Below are positions 11,575 to 23,900 of a stretch of DNA of 64,000 nucleotides, in pieces. Within the stretch, counting starts at the first letter, position 1, and each line of letters begins with the position of its first letter. The stretch is from assembly GCF_022539665.2 (NCBI RefSeq), contig NC_081331.1, positions 5,332,001 through 5,396,000 of the forward strand. Reading direction: 5' to 3'. Both the position numbers and the translations under genes were made by a program. Source of the DNA: Daphnia carinata. Its lineage: Eukaryota. Under the pieces are notes generated by a model that saw only the letters and a program-made list of their open reading frames with translations, had not been told where the DNA came from and searched no databases.

Positions 11575-14500
11575 CTAGCCATCAGCGCTTGAATCAACAA
11601 AAAAAAAGTTAATGGAAATGTGTTTGTCATTTAGAGTGATGATGGAAGAAAGCCTTTTTTTTTCCAATGAGAAAACAGGCTCCCGCTGATGACATTTTCT
11701 TTCCAACAAGAATGTGTGAGTATCATTTCGTAACAGTGCCGCTAGCTATTGTGGTGAATTTTTTCCTGTATCTCTTTTGACGTTAAAAAGAGACACGCGA
11801 TTCCACAAATCTTTGCCGAGGAATTTACAAGCTGGTCTTTTAAAGAAATCGGAACCACCACATCCTCGGCAGCATAAGAATGACGCAATGAGGGGTGAAA
11901 GTCGCCAGTATGTTTTTTTTTTATAGGGTTTCCTCGCCTTTGAAATATACGGGGCCCCTCCTTCTCATCGTGATTTTCTCTAAAAAGGCCATGTCACACT
12001 GGCTTCCTTCCCATCCCCCATCGTTTTTGCTGTTATTTAAAAACAACTTTATTAGTTACGATTTTGACTGGTTTTTTATGTGTCCATCAACTGATTGGAT
12101 TACGACGAACGGTGTCAAAAGGTTCAGTTGTGCTGACTGTATAAGATTTAATGATGGAACGAGTAAAAGAATAAAGAATGTTGTAATAAAACCACACACA
12201 CACACACACACACGCTATATAGACAGCCAAACAAGCGTTACCGGAGCGACGTAAAGTTACGCATTAAAAAAAGAAAAGGGATCGCAGGGTCACGCGATGC
12301 CCGGCGACGTTATTCGAAACCAGCCCTTTCTAACTGGGGTGGGTATGTTGTGAGTTGATTAGCTTTTAACATTCCCATGTGTGTCTCTTTTTCTCGCGGA
12401 ATGGCTTCCGAATCAAATATCTTTTTTCTTAAGAAAAAAAAATCTAAAAAAAAGGCGGTTCTTTAAACAAAAATTGTTTCTCTTTAAAAAAAACCACAAA
12501 ATGAGTCACACAACAGACAATGACGTCATTTGAATCTTCTTTTGTTCTCTTCAAAGTGACGTTGTTTGTTCTCCGGGACATGCAAGGGATAGGCTGTGTG
12601 CTTTTTCTTTTCCAACCATGTCACGAAGCACGTTCCAACCCCCCGTGAGTTATACGGCGCCATCAACTTGAAAACTCTTATGGGGTTTTGTATTGTGTTT
12701 TCTACTATCCCCTTTTTCCTTTCCGATCATTTTTTTTTTCTTTCCTGGTTCTCATGCAAATGTTTACCTTCATTAGCGGATTGAAGGCTGTAATCAACGT
12801 ATAACGATGGCGGTGATTAGATCGTGAACCTTTTAACATTCCCGCATCATTTTTTCGATCGTCTGATTTGCCTATCAAAAATAAGAGGTCGTGAGTGCGC
12901 TGGAAACGTGCGGATTCTTTTAGGAAAAAAAAAAGCGTGTGGGATTCCAGTTTGGTTGAAACTATAACTATACGACGATCAAGTAAATACAACTGCAAAG
13001 AAGGTTGATAAAACTAGTTTTTTTTACGTACCTTTTTTTCCCCTACGTAGAACTGACAAGCGAGTAGACAGGCAAAGAGAGATAGTGCGGCTGGACAGCA
13101 GGCGTGCTAGAGTCAACTTTATGTCTGTGGGAATAAGGGGAAAGTTTTTTTTTATCAGAAAAGATGTAACGCATTCTTTGTCCCGCCACACCTGGATAAC
13201 AATCAACAGTTTCTACCCAAGAAAAAAATATATACCTTGTATGTTGTTTTGACATTTTGAACTGCAGCAGAGGGCAGCAGCAGAAAACTCCGCTCTTCCA
13301 TCACGGCTAAAAAAAAAAATGTACCCATTGCATTTTCTATCCTTAAAAAATACAGGCATGCAACGTTCCCTGCGTAATCATCATATCACAATAGTAAAGT
13401 GGCTTTAGATGGATGAGATGGACCTTTGGTAACTATGCAGTGTGTTTACTCTCTCTGTTTAGTACATCTATATATCTCTTATTTACTCTAAAAGGGTCTT
13501 TGAGCAAAAAGCGGGGAGAATTAGTTATTTGATATGTCAGTCTAGTAAACTTGTGGTGAGGAAACCAATAACAAGGGCGAGCGGAATAAACCCCTCGGCA
13601 ACAACAACAACGCCCGTCTCGAATATCCTTCCATCTGCATATATGACGTCTCTCTTTTCTCCGGCCGACAGAAAACACACACACACAAATAAATTCCTAT
13701 TTCATTTCCCTTATGTGATGGCCTACTACTAATCCATTCATGTGTCAAAAAGTCAGTTATTATTATTTCATTTCTTTTTTTTTTTTCGAGAGGGTGGTTG
13801 CTGCGTTCATCCACTTGAAAACGATGTAATACATTTTTCTACGAAGGGGAAAAAAAAAGACGTGAAGAAACATAACTTGTCAGGCCGAGTTCAAGGTTGA
13901 AAGCGCGTTGCTCGCTTGTTTCACGTATTTCTTACGCGTCCACATCACAAAAGGAAGAAAAACTGGTTAAACGCCATTCTTTTAACGTTTGGAAGAATGC
14001 TCTGCGTTGTTTTCAAATGTTGTGAAATAATGCAATTCAAGAAGCCAATATAAAGCGTTGTGTGATGCTAATATGATGACTGTCGAACAAGTTCGCCTGC
14101 CGACAATATGTGCGCATATTAAAAAACACGAAATTTTTTTTGACGTGTGCAGATAAAAATAGAAGGCCGCTTCGTTTAGTTCCAACGTTTTCGTTTATCA
14201 TCGCGGCAGCTTAAAAGATAAGGAAAAGAGCCATATAAGCCCCCCCTGCCTTAGATAGTATTGCTTTTATTGTTTACCTTTTTTTCCCCCCAATCACGTC
14301 AGCCAAAAGTCCTGTCATTTTTACAACAGCGCAGCCATAGAGTTGTTGAGATACGTAGTTCGTCGTCAAGCTAGTATCACTAAACAAGGACGTCGACCAA
14401 AGGTCTTCGTTTTTCCGTTACTTCACAAAAGTCGTTGCTCAACAAGAGCGTTGCGTGTTTCTGACCAACTGGAAAAAGAAAAAGGGAAATTTATTTTCCA

Positions 14501-16772
14501 ACAGAGAGCTCGTGCCAACTAACTTTGAAAGACAGAACGACCTTCTTCTACATGCCGGCCTAGTAAATTTCAAGGGAAAAAAGAGAGAAACATTTACCAG
14601 CAGCTAGTCGTTGACGGAGTATAAAACTGCTGGGCCTCAGATAAAAAGCCTCCCACGCGCCTCTTGAAAATTGACGTTATGTGCCTTGTTTGGGCGTACA
14701 CAACATCGAATGTAATCCATAAATTTTTGGTATTTTTCGAGTGCTGTTCTACCCTGTAATCAGCTTTCTTCCATTTACAGTCAAACAAAAAACAGGGAAA
14801 TATTTACGAAGCTTTTTAATTTCAAGCGTATATATTTATCGCTTGGTGGAATCAACGGCATTTTAAAAGAAAATTTTCTTTTTTTCTCCCATTGCTTTTA
14901 ATAAAAATGTGATAAAGATAAAAGAAGAAACTAAAAAGGACTGCCTGCGGCTTTGCATTAAGAAAAATGTAAATTTACGATGGGTTCACAGACTCTAGGA
15001 GGATATACACAACTTGAAGGGAAGACCAGTCAGTAGCGCACATCCAACTGCGCGAGGGGCTTCCACCTTTTTGCTACCTGTGTGTCAGTAGGCAAGCAAT
15101 TTGCCAGACGACCGATCGAGCCTTTTGTAATAAATGATTTTTTTTCTTTTCTTTTCAGTGCACACATGTCTGTCGTCTTTTGACGTGAGGGCGCGTGGAA
15201 CTAGTACGTACTGGAATGTCCTTGTACAAAAAGAAATTCCACGTAGGCCTATTGATTGTGAGTCAATTTGGGAGTGGCCTCCTTTTTTTAGAAATATTCA
15301 GGGTCCCTTAATGTTCTCCCTACAGTCGAAAATCATTTATACAGAAGGAGAAAATAGTCATTCATTTCAATCTACATATGTACAGCTTCGCTGGTATTAT
15401 TCTGCCTCTACCAATGGTGGCATATGCTGATGGGCACAACCCAAAAAAAAAAAACGATAACGATCTATAGGGCGCGGTCTTTTCCACCTTTCATAGAAAT
15501 TATTATATGTTTTTTTTTTTCAAAAGCGATAAGAATAAATTGAAAACTGCGGCTAATATTAAGATATACGGGAAATCAGTTCAAACTGGTCGTTATTTTC
15601 CCCGGAAGCTTGTTAGAGGCCTCCTCCTGATTTAAACGAAATGTTTCCCTTTTTTTTTTTTAAAAACCAAGTCAAACAGGTCGATAGAGAGAATGAAATT
15701 TCAATTGGAAATGAGTCTTCATTCAGACCCCCAAGGCTGTATAGTAACTGTCTGTTGCAATTTCGTTTGAAAAAAAAAACAATAGGTAAGACCTCCCCCC
15801 TCTCGAACAACAGGTATGTTTTTTTTTTATCCTAACATCCGGTTGGTATACACCCAAATAAGGTTCTTTTGTTTCCGGCGGCGGCCATCTTTCTTTTACT
15901 AGAAAGAAAATGCGGTTAGGGAAAAGAGTTATGGCGTTTCAAGTGGCACGGGTTCTCGCGCAACAACTCAAACATGTTTTGGTGACTAATGTCTTAGCTT
16001 CAGTTCTCAATCATAGATGTAAGCGTACATCTCCCGCAAACATTTTCCGCTCAATCGTGAGGGTGACGTCATCCCATGGTTTTGACCGGAAACGGGTTGC
16101 ACCACCGCACCGCCCCCATAACACAGACTTATCTTTTTTTCTTTTTCGACACACACAAATTTCTCCTGTGATTCACCAATGAAATGTTTCCGCTTGACTA
16201 CCGTTTTGATATGCAAATTAATTGAGCGTGTCTAAATTTGGCAATGGAGACAGGCGGACCCAAAATATTTCCATCATTGTATGTGTTGGTTAATGGCAGT
16301 ACTTTTGATTGTAAATAGTGAGAATATGCTTGTGTGTATAATTATGAGGAGGTGCTACAGTCTCCCTATAAGCGTGAGCACACGCCATCACCCGGTGGGT
16401 ATTCCTAGAGAGGGACCATCACGCAGTTCATTAGCTATTAAAGCATTTGTTGTCATCTATTCCCTCCCACCAGTTGGGAGGCCAGTGCAAAAAGGAAAAC
16501 CGGTAGCCTAAAAACCAAAAAAAAAAATCCAATGACTTTGATGGCCGTCACGAACTCACAGCCAACGTGCATGCAGTGTTGTAATGTTGATTATTCATCG
16601 TTTCAAAGACGTGCGAGTGTTTTGTTTAGCTTTCGCGTGACTGCGTTGTACTGGGTGTTGGAAAAATATCAAGAAAAAATAAAATAAAGAAGCCGTAACG
16701 GACAAAAAAGAATCGAATTCTGAATTGCCAGAACTCAGAAGAAGAGACTCTCTACACGTCATCGAATTGGCG

Positions 16773-16799
16773 CCGCTAGGTGGCCAATGCCCTCTGGCG
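16773..16799. promoter_or_regulatory. Convergent pair of CTCF-like motifs at the presumed cadherin promoter
   Basis: CCGCTAGGTGGC (+, 16773-16784) and CGCCAGAGGGCA (-, 16799-16788). GA-rich sequence follows, then a donor CAG|GTAATC at 17240/17241 (likely a non-coding exon). Confidence 0.5.
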
Positions 16800-17966
16800 T
16801 TAGTCAGCCATTAGAAAGAGCTCTGCAGTGGCGCCAGCCGTCTTCCTCATACCAGTTTAGTACGAAGCCGAGAGCAGCTAGAGATCGGTCGTGTGTTCAT
16901 GTGTCGGGTCTCTCTCCACCTTTTTTTTAAACCAGAAAGAGACACTGAGGAGAGAGAGAAAGAGAAAAATACCTTTGCATTTAAGTCTCGAGGGGTGTGT
17001 GTGTGCGATTCTCCGCTTGTCCACCCCATAGAACATCGCATTTCCGGATTATCAGGCTATCGCCATCTTTTTTTTTTCCGCGTGGGATATTTGATTGTGT
17101 TTCATTGAGTGTGTGTGTGTCTTCAGTTACCCCAGTTGGAATTCAGTTTGTGGCTGATGCCCACGTTTCCTATAAGTTTATCCCTACCTGGAAACTGACA
17201 ATATTAAGCCGGCGGCTGCGTTCGATTTCAGACGCAACAGGTAATCGAAAAGAATTTATTTTCAAATATTCTTTTGAGGGAAAAAAAAAATTCGTAGTGA
17301 GAGGTTGCCATTTCCTTTCTCTGGTTGAGGGTACCCTTTTCTTGGAAGAAAAGTTATTTGATATTGTCGTGAGAGACATGGGCGAATCAAAAGCCAATTA
17401 GGAGGATGACGTCACGAAAGTATGGCGAAAAAAAAAAAAAGAATTGTTGGTGGCCTACAACAGGTGTGTGGGCTAAAAAGGCGTGGGTTGAAAACTCGGT
17501 GCACTGGGCATACCTGTACCCTCCCTCCTTTAACGGATTGCTGTGGTGTAGTGTATGCAAGTCACGCTGCTGTGGTTGAAGCTACCTGGGCGACGCCGTT
17601 TTTTTTCTCTCTAGAAAAGGCAACCGTGACGGAATGGCTGTCACATACTCGAAAAATTGTAGCCAAAAGATTTTTTTTCTTTTCTGTTCAACAAGAGTGG
17701 CCTGCTATAATAATACCAACAAAAAAAAAATGAAATTTCCTAATTTTTGTCCTTTGAAATTAGATATGAGGCCGTTATCGCCATCGACCGGACCGTATGG
17801 CACGGATTATTGAGCCATCCTTTTCGTACTGAGACAGTGCCCACGACTTCGTTCACTACCTGGTGTGTGCGTGTGTCGACTATAAAAGAAACGGAGAAAA
17901 AAAAAGTGTGTTGATTATCAACGAGGCGGGTCGAATTATCGTGACTGTGATTACTATCGTTTTGAC

Positions 17967-20900
17967 ATGAAGAAAATGCGTTGTTGTTCAGTGACGGCGG
18001 TGGCGCTGCTGCTGTTGATTTCAAACGTTTTGGCCGGTAAGTGTCTTGTTGTTTTTTTGAATCATTACATGGTGCCAACACTTTGGGTCAAGGATTCGAC
18101 CTCGTTCAACCTCTCTCTCTCCCCTCAACACACAAATAGGGGAAAATACGTTTTCTATTGAATTTCGTTATCTGTTTGATACTCAAGGGCTGTCGCACTG
18201 GAAAAATAAAAAGCTCTTGGATAATCCATCGGGAAATATGGAATGAGGGAGAGAAAGAAAGAGTTTTGTCATCCCAACATAGGCCTTTTGTTGTCCCCCT
18301 TTCTTCAGAGTACACTCCACCTTTTCTCGGTCTACCACCTGCTTGCCTCGAGGCTACGCCAATGGCTGGTCAAACGGAATGAAAAAAAAAAAAACATGTC
18401 CAAGCAAAGTACCAAACATGAACTAAAAAATTCTAGTAAACCCTGAAGGGAAACGATTGAATTCCTATATTTAAGGGGAAAAAAATTGGTCCTTTTGATC
18501 GCGTGGTTTTATTTTCTTTTTCTGGTATGTACGCCTATTTCACGACTAGAGAAAATGTTTTCAAAGATGGCCGTTATTTTTTTCTTCAAACCGAGAAAAA
18601 AAAAAGTTGGAGAAACAAAAGAAGAATAGGGCGCCACAGGTAGCTCTGGCTCTCCGACCCTCTTTTTTTCGAAACAGCGCTCCGGGCGACCTCCATTCGT
18701 CTTGCTACCTTTCAGGTACATTCTCCCAAGGGGTGACTCGAAGTTCTTGGCGTGCACCGCCATCTTGGCTTCACCTCGACCATATGCTAATGAACTCTTT
18801 TTTTTTTTGTGTTGTTGCTGCTTGAATTTCAATCGACTGTTTCCTTATTTTTTTTGTGAAACTTTTCGTACGTCACCAAGGAAATGAAAAGTTTGCACAG
18901 GTGTGCAATTCTTGCTTTAGGGTATTTACAAATTAATAAAAGTTAGGGAGTTTTACTTTCTTTTCGGCTATCCGGTGATGCACTTTTTATTTTCGTTTGA
19001 ATTTTGGAGTTTGTACAGTCGTTCCATGTTTATCCAAATCCCCCCCCCCCCCCCCCCCTCCCTCGTTCAAACATGCGGGACAAACCCTTCCGGCCATTGT
19101 TCCCCCCCTCCGAAACTCTCTAGTCGGCCAACAAGATGGCGTGTTGTGTTATTCGGAAGCGATAAGCTGTTGTGACTTTGGAGTTGTTGCCATGACGACC
19201 TTGAGCTCTAGTAACGTCCAGTCGGCACGCAATCTTAACATTATCTGCGGGACTAAAATTTTTTTTCATCTGTCAAAAAAAAAAAAAAAATAGAAAAGAA
19301 AAAGAAAGAAAACTAGTTGGTCGTATATTTTGGTTAGCCAGATTCAAGAGGGAGCCATGTTTGAAATATGATTTTTCCACCACTTTTGTGTGTGTGTTAA
19401 AATGTTAGCGGCTGTAACTCGATCCCAAGTCCAGATGGCAGTCGTAGTCGTACGGCTTTTTACTCTATGCTTTTTAATGACTCGTAGAGAAGGAAAGAAG
19501 AAAAAAAATCTTTCACAAATTTTATTTTCTTTCACTCTTGCACCCCTAGTGAAAACATGAAAAATGAAGGGGGAGGAGGTTTTTTTGTATGCTGTTTTGC
19601 TGCTGTTATAGGGGGCTTTGTGGTGCCGGTCAACCGGTTAAAATAGACCCCGCTTGAACGGCTTCACGCCCCCTCTAAACGATCCTTACGGTGTTGACCC
19701 CATTCGTCAGGGCTAACACAGCTCTCCTTCTTTCTCTCCCTCTCTTTTGAATACGGACCCTGATTTCGTGTTTTGGGGGTGCGAGTTTCCCCTCGAATAG
19801 GTAACCATTATTGTCAAGGTACTGTGCCGAGTTCATTGGCATTTGACCGAAGATAATGTGATTATTTCCGTGTAATATCATTTCTATACAGCTGTTGTTA
19901 AGAAGAAAGAAAGAAAAAATGGAGAGGGGGATGTTTTCAAAGGTTTACATTATCGCTCATCGATATTGTAAGCGGTAGAGAATAACGTGAAGTGTTTTGA
20001 TTCCCGTTTGCATTCAGGGAGGATGTTGATGGGTGTTATTCTCTTAATCCATCATCAGTTTGATTGGTAGTTTATTCTCCCCCCCTTCCTTGTTTCTTCT
20101 TTTTTTCAGGTTGTTCAATGAGAAAATTACCGGTGTGCATTGCCGTTTCCTCTAACGGATGAATACCTTTTCTCTGTGCAATAAAATGGGGAAAAAATAG
20201 CAGGAAAAGTGGTGTTCTTTTTTGGTCGGTTCACCTAACAGTGCTCTCTTCCCACGCCACTTTTAGTTTAAAAGAGCCCGTAGGCTTTAGTGATAGTAAA
20301 ATAGAAAACAAAATAGGCTTCGTGATGAACTTATTCGACGTGTAACATTGGGGAGACATTTCCCCCCTTTTGTTCGTTTAATAAACTTTTCATTTCTCCT
20401 GTTGCTTAATGGGATTACACTTGTAGGTCCAAATGTTTGAAAGGAAAGGGGGGGGGGGGAATGTTTATCGAGTTTGTCGTCGCTTTTTGTTTTTGTTTTA
20501 ATTGCATTTTGGCGTTCCCACCGCAATGGACTTAATGGTGTACGGTTGGGGGAGAGTTGACTGGAGCGTGATTCCGGCGCTGTGTGTCCGCGAAATTCAT
20601 TGGTTCATAAATTTAAATGAGGACAACAACACACAAAAAAATTTTTTTTTTGAAATTTTTACGAGATGCCATTCCTAGTTTTCTTGACAAAAATGTGTTT
20701 TTTTTTTCTTTTTCTTCTTATTGGTCATGCAGATGGTTCCAACGAGTCGCATCACGTGACTGTGAGGCAAGCGACTGGCGGCGGTCGAAGTAACCGCGTG
20801 ACGGATACCTTTGTAACACCCAGTCAACAGGAATTGGAGCGAACAGGGTCTCCTGTAAGTTCTCTCTCTCTTTGTATCCTAAATTCATCTGCATTCGATC

Positions 20901-23900
20901 ATTGCATTGTTTTTTTTTTTTTTTAATTCAATTACCTTAACAGCGATCGAACGCTAATAAGCGCGTGGAGAACAAGTACCGACCCGTTTTCTACAAATGC
21001 GAATCTGCCGCTTTGGAAGAAGGCAAACCACCTGGAACGGTTGTCTCCGAAGTCAAAGCGTACGACAACGACACCGATTCGGCTGGTGATATCTTTTTTA
21101 CCATCTTGCGTGCTGGATCGGAAAAAGAATTCGAAGTCGATCCCGTTACGGGTAGCATTCGGAGCAGCAAGGTAAAAAAGAAAGAAAGAAGGAACAAACG
21201 AATGAAAATTGCCACGATTTCTTTTTGCTTTTCTCTTTTTTTTTGTTTTTCAGTCATGTAACATTATTTTTCGATTGATTAATTTTTGCTTAGTCGTTCG
21301 ATCGAGACGAGCCGGCCCGAGAGAAAATTGCCTACGTCACAGTCAAAGCCACAGACAGAGGCACTCCGCCGCTCGAGGCCATTTGTACTTTCAACGTGAC
21401 TATAGGAGATATTAACGATAATGCCCCCATGGTATGAATTATGCGTCTTAAAAATAACGAAACATAAAATAACGTTTGTTTGGGCTATTTGGCTAAACAT
21501 TTAAAATTGTTTTGTTTTTTATTTGTCGCCGACAGTTTGACAAATCGGCTTATGATGAATCGGTTCCGCGTGATTTGGAAATTAACAAGCTGGTCATGCG
21601 TATAGCCGCCACTGATGTGGACGCGGGCGAAAACGCCCGCATTTCATACGGATGGGATGCCGGATCCGGGCCAGATGCCGACTATTTTGACCTCGATAAA
21701 TCCACTGGAGCTATTCATCTGAAAAAGAAAATCACGGTATGTAAAAAAAAAAGAAAAAGGCGATCCATTTCAAATGTTTTTTTTTTTCGTTTTTTATGTT
21801 TATGACCACCATTCATTTGTTTTATTTGATCTTCTCGTGTCGTTTGCAGCAAAACGAAGGCTACAAGTTTGCGTTGATGGCCGTAGCTCGTGACAACGGA
21901 TCGGAACCGATGAGTTCTCGAGTCCGAGTCATGATTAACGTGGCTTCTTCAAAAATCAAGCCGCCATTTTTCACTGATATACCTGAACCGGTGAGTTTGC
22001 CGGAAAACTACACGTCGTACAAGACCCCGATCGCCACGCTAGCTGCCCATTCCAATATTGCCGCACCCGATCTCTACTTCGAGCTGGTCAAGGGACAAAC
22101 GGAACAGACCAATAGCGATGAAACATTCCGTATCAACGAACGCGGCAATTCGGTCGATATTCACGCAGCAAAAGCGCTCGACTACGAAAAAGTCACGCAA
22201 TACATCCTGACTGTCCGCGTCAAAAACGAGGCTGGCGTGGCCGCTGAAACTGTGCTCACCGTCAGCGTCGAGGACGTAAATGACGAAATCCCGACTTTCA
22301 TGGCCGTCGACGGTGGCAGCGTGCTGGAGAATTCGGTAGCCAATACGTTTGTGCTGAAAGTGCAAGCCACTGACAGAGACGCCACCTACCCCAACAATTG
22401 GGTGAGGTACGAGCTGCGCGATTTTAAGGATAAATTCGAAATCGATCGCAACACGGGCGACATCCGCACCAAAGTTAAACTGGATCGTGAAGAGCGCAAA
22501 TCATATCCGTTGACTGTCGTTGCCTACGATGGCAGAGAGTCGGCCTTGACGTTGGACGGATTGCCCAATCAGAGCGCCAAGAGGTTCCAGATCGAAGTGG
22601 CTGACGTCAACGATAACGCGCCTTTCTTCCCGCAATCCGAGTACTTTGCCGAAATCGCTGAGAACGCCGACATCGGAGCCAAAGTCAGCGAATTGACAGC
22701 GTTGGATAACGACACGGAGTCTCAGCTGACTTACGATATCGTCAGCGGCAACGCTGGACTAGTCTTCTCCATCGAAGCGCAAACGGGTCTACTCAAAGTC
22801 CAGCAACCGCTCGACTACGAGACAACGAAGAGCTACGATTTGATTGTCGAAGTGGACGATGGCAAACAAAAGGCCACCACCAAGGTTAACGTCAAGATTA
22901 TTAACGTCAACGACAACAAACCGCAATTCATGAACAACAATCCGGAGCATAAATACGGCATTGTTGAGAACACTGTGCCCAATGGGCCCATCGTCCGCGT
23001 GAACGCCACTGACCCTGATTACGACCCACTAACGGCCGAGGGGCCCATGAAAATCACCTACACGCTCAGCGGGTCTCATGCCGATTCGTTTCAAATCAAT
23101 CAGTTGGGAGAGCTGTCCATCGTTCGTCCATTGGATCGCGATTTGCCTGCCGGCCGTCGAGACTGGTCTGTCTTCGTCGTTGCTCAAGATGAATTAGATG
23201 GCGTCCGCTTGGAAAACACGTTGGAAGTTGTCGTTTTCTTGGACGATATCAACGACAACGCTCCCTTCCTGGACATGACCCGTGTTGTCTGGCGTGAAAA
23301 TCAACCACAAGGACGGATCGTCCAGCTGAATGCCAGTGACTACGACGAACCGAAGAACGGCCCTCCCTTCACCATGAAAATGGCCGATACGGCCGAAGAC
23401 GTTGTCAAAACGGCTTTCCGTATTGAGGGATCCCCAACTTCTTCCTGGTCGTTGATGGCCACGAGAACGTTTGATCGTGAAGAACGGAAGGAATATGCCG
23501 TGCCGATTGTCATTAGTGACAGCGGCCAGCCGGCTTCCTTGACCGCCACGTCGACACTGACGGTAGTGATTGGAGACGAAAACGACAACCCCATGTCTGA
23601 CGGTTCCAGTTCTATCCTCGTCTACAATTATCGTAACTCGCTGCCCGATACGGAAATCGGTCGAGTCTTTGTCCAGGATGCCGATGATTGGGTAAGTCCG
23701 TTATTCTGACCGTGTGTCGAACACAGTTTTCTTTGTTGTGAAAGAAAGAAAAAAAAAAATAGGCAATAAATAATATTTTTGGTTTTTCAACACGTTACAG
23801 GATTTGCCGGACAAAACATTTGCCTGGTCGTCCAACGCTATTCCGCCTCCGTATTTCACAGTCACGGCATTCGGTGGTTTCATCACGATGCGTACCCGCA

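Noticed and set aside
11600..20700. Many 60-130 aa ORFs upstream of the cadherin and in its introns
   Set aside because: Low-complexity F/K-rich translations of A/T runs with no motifs. Only the signal-peptide exon at 17967 is supported.
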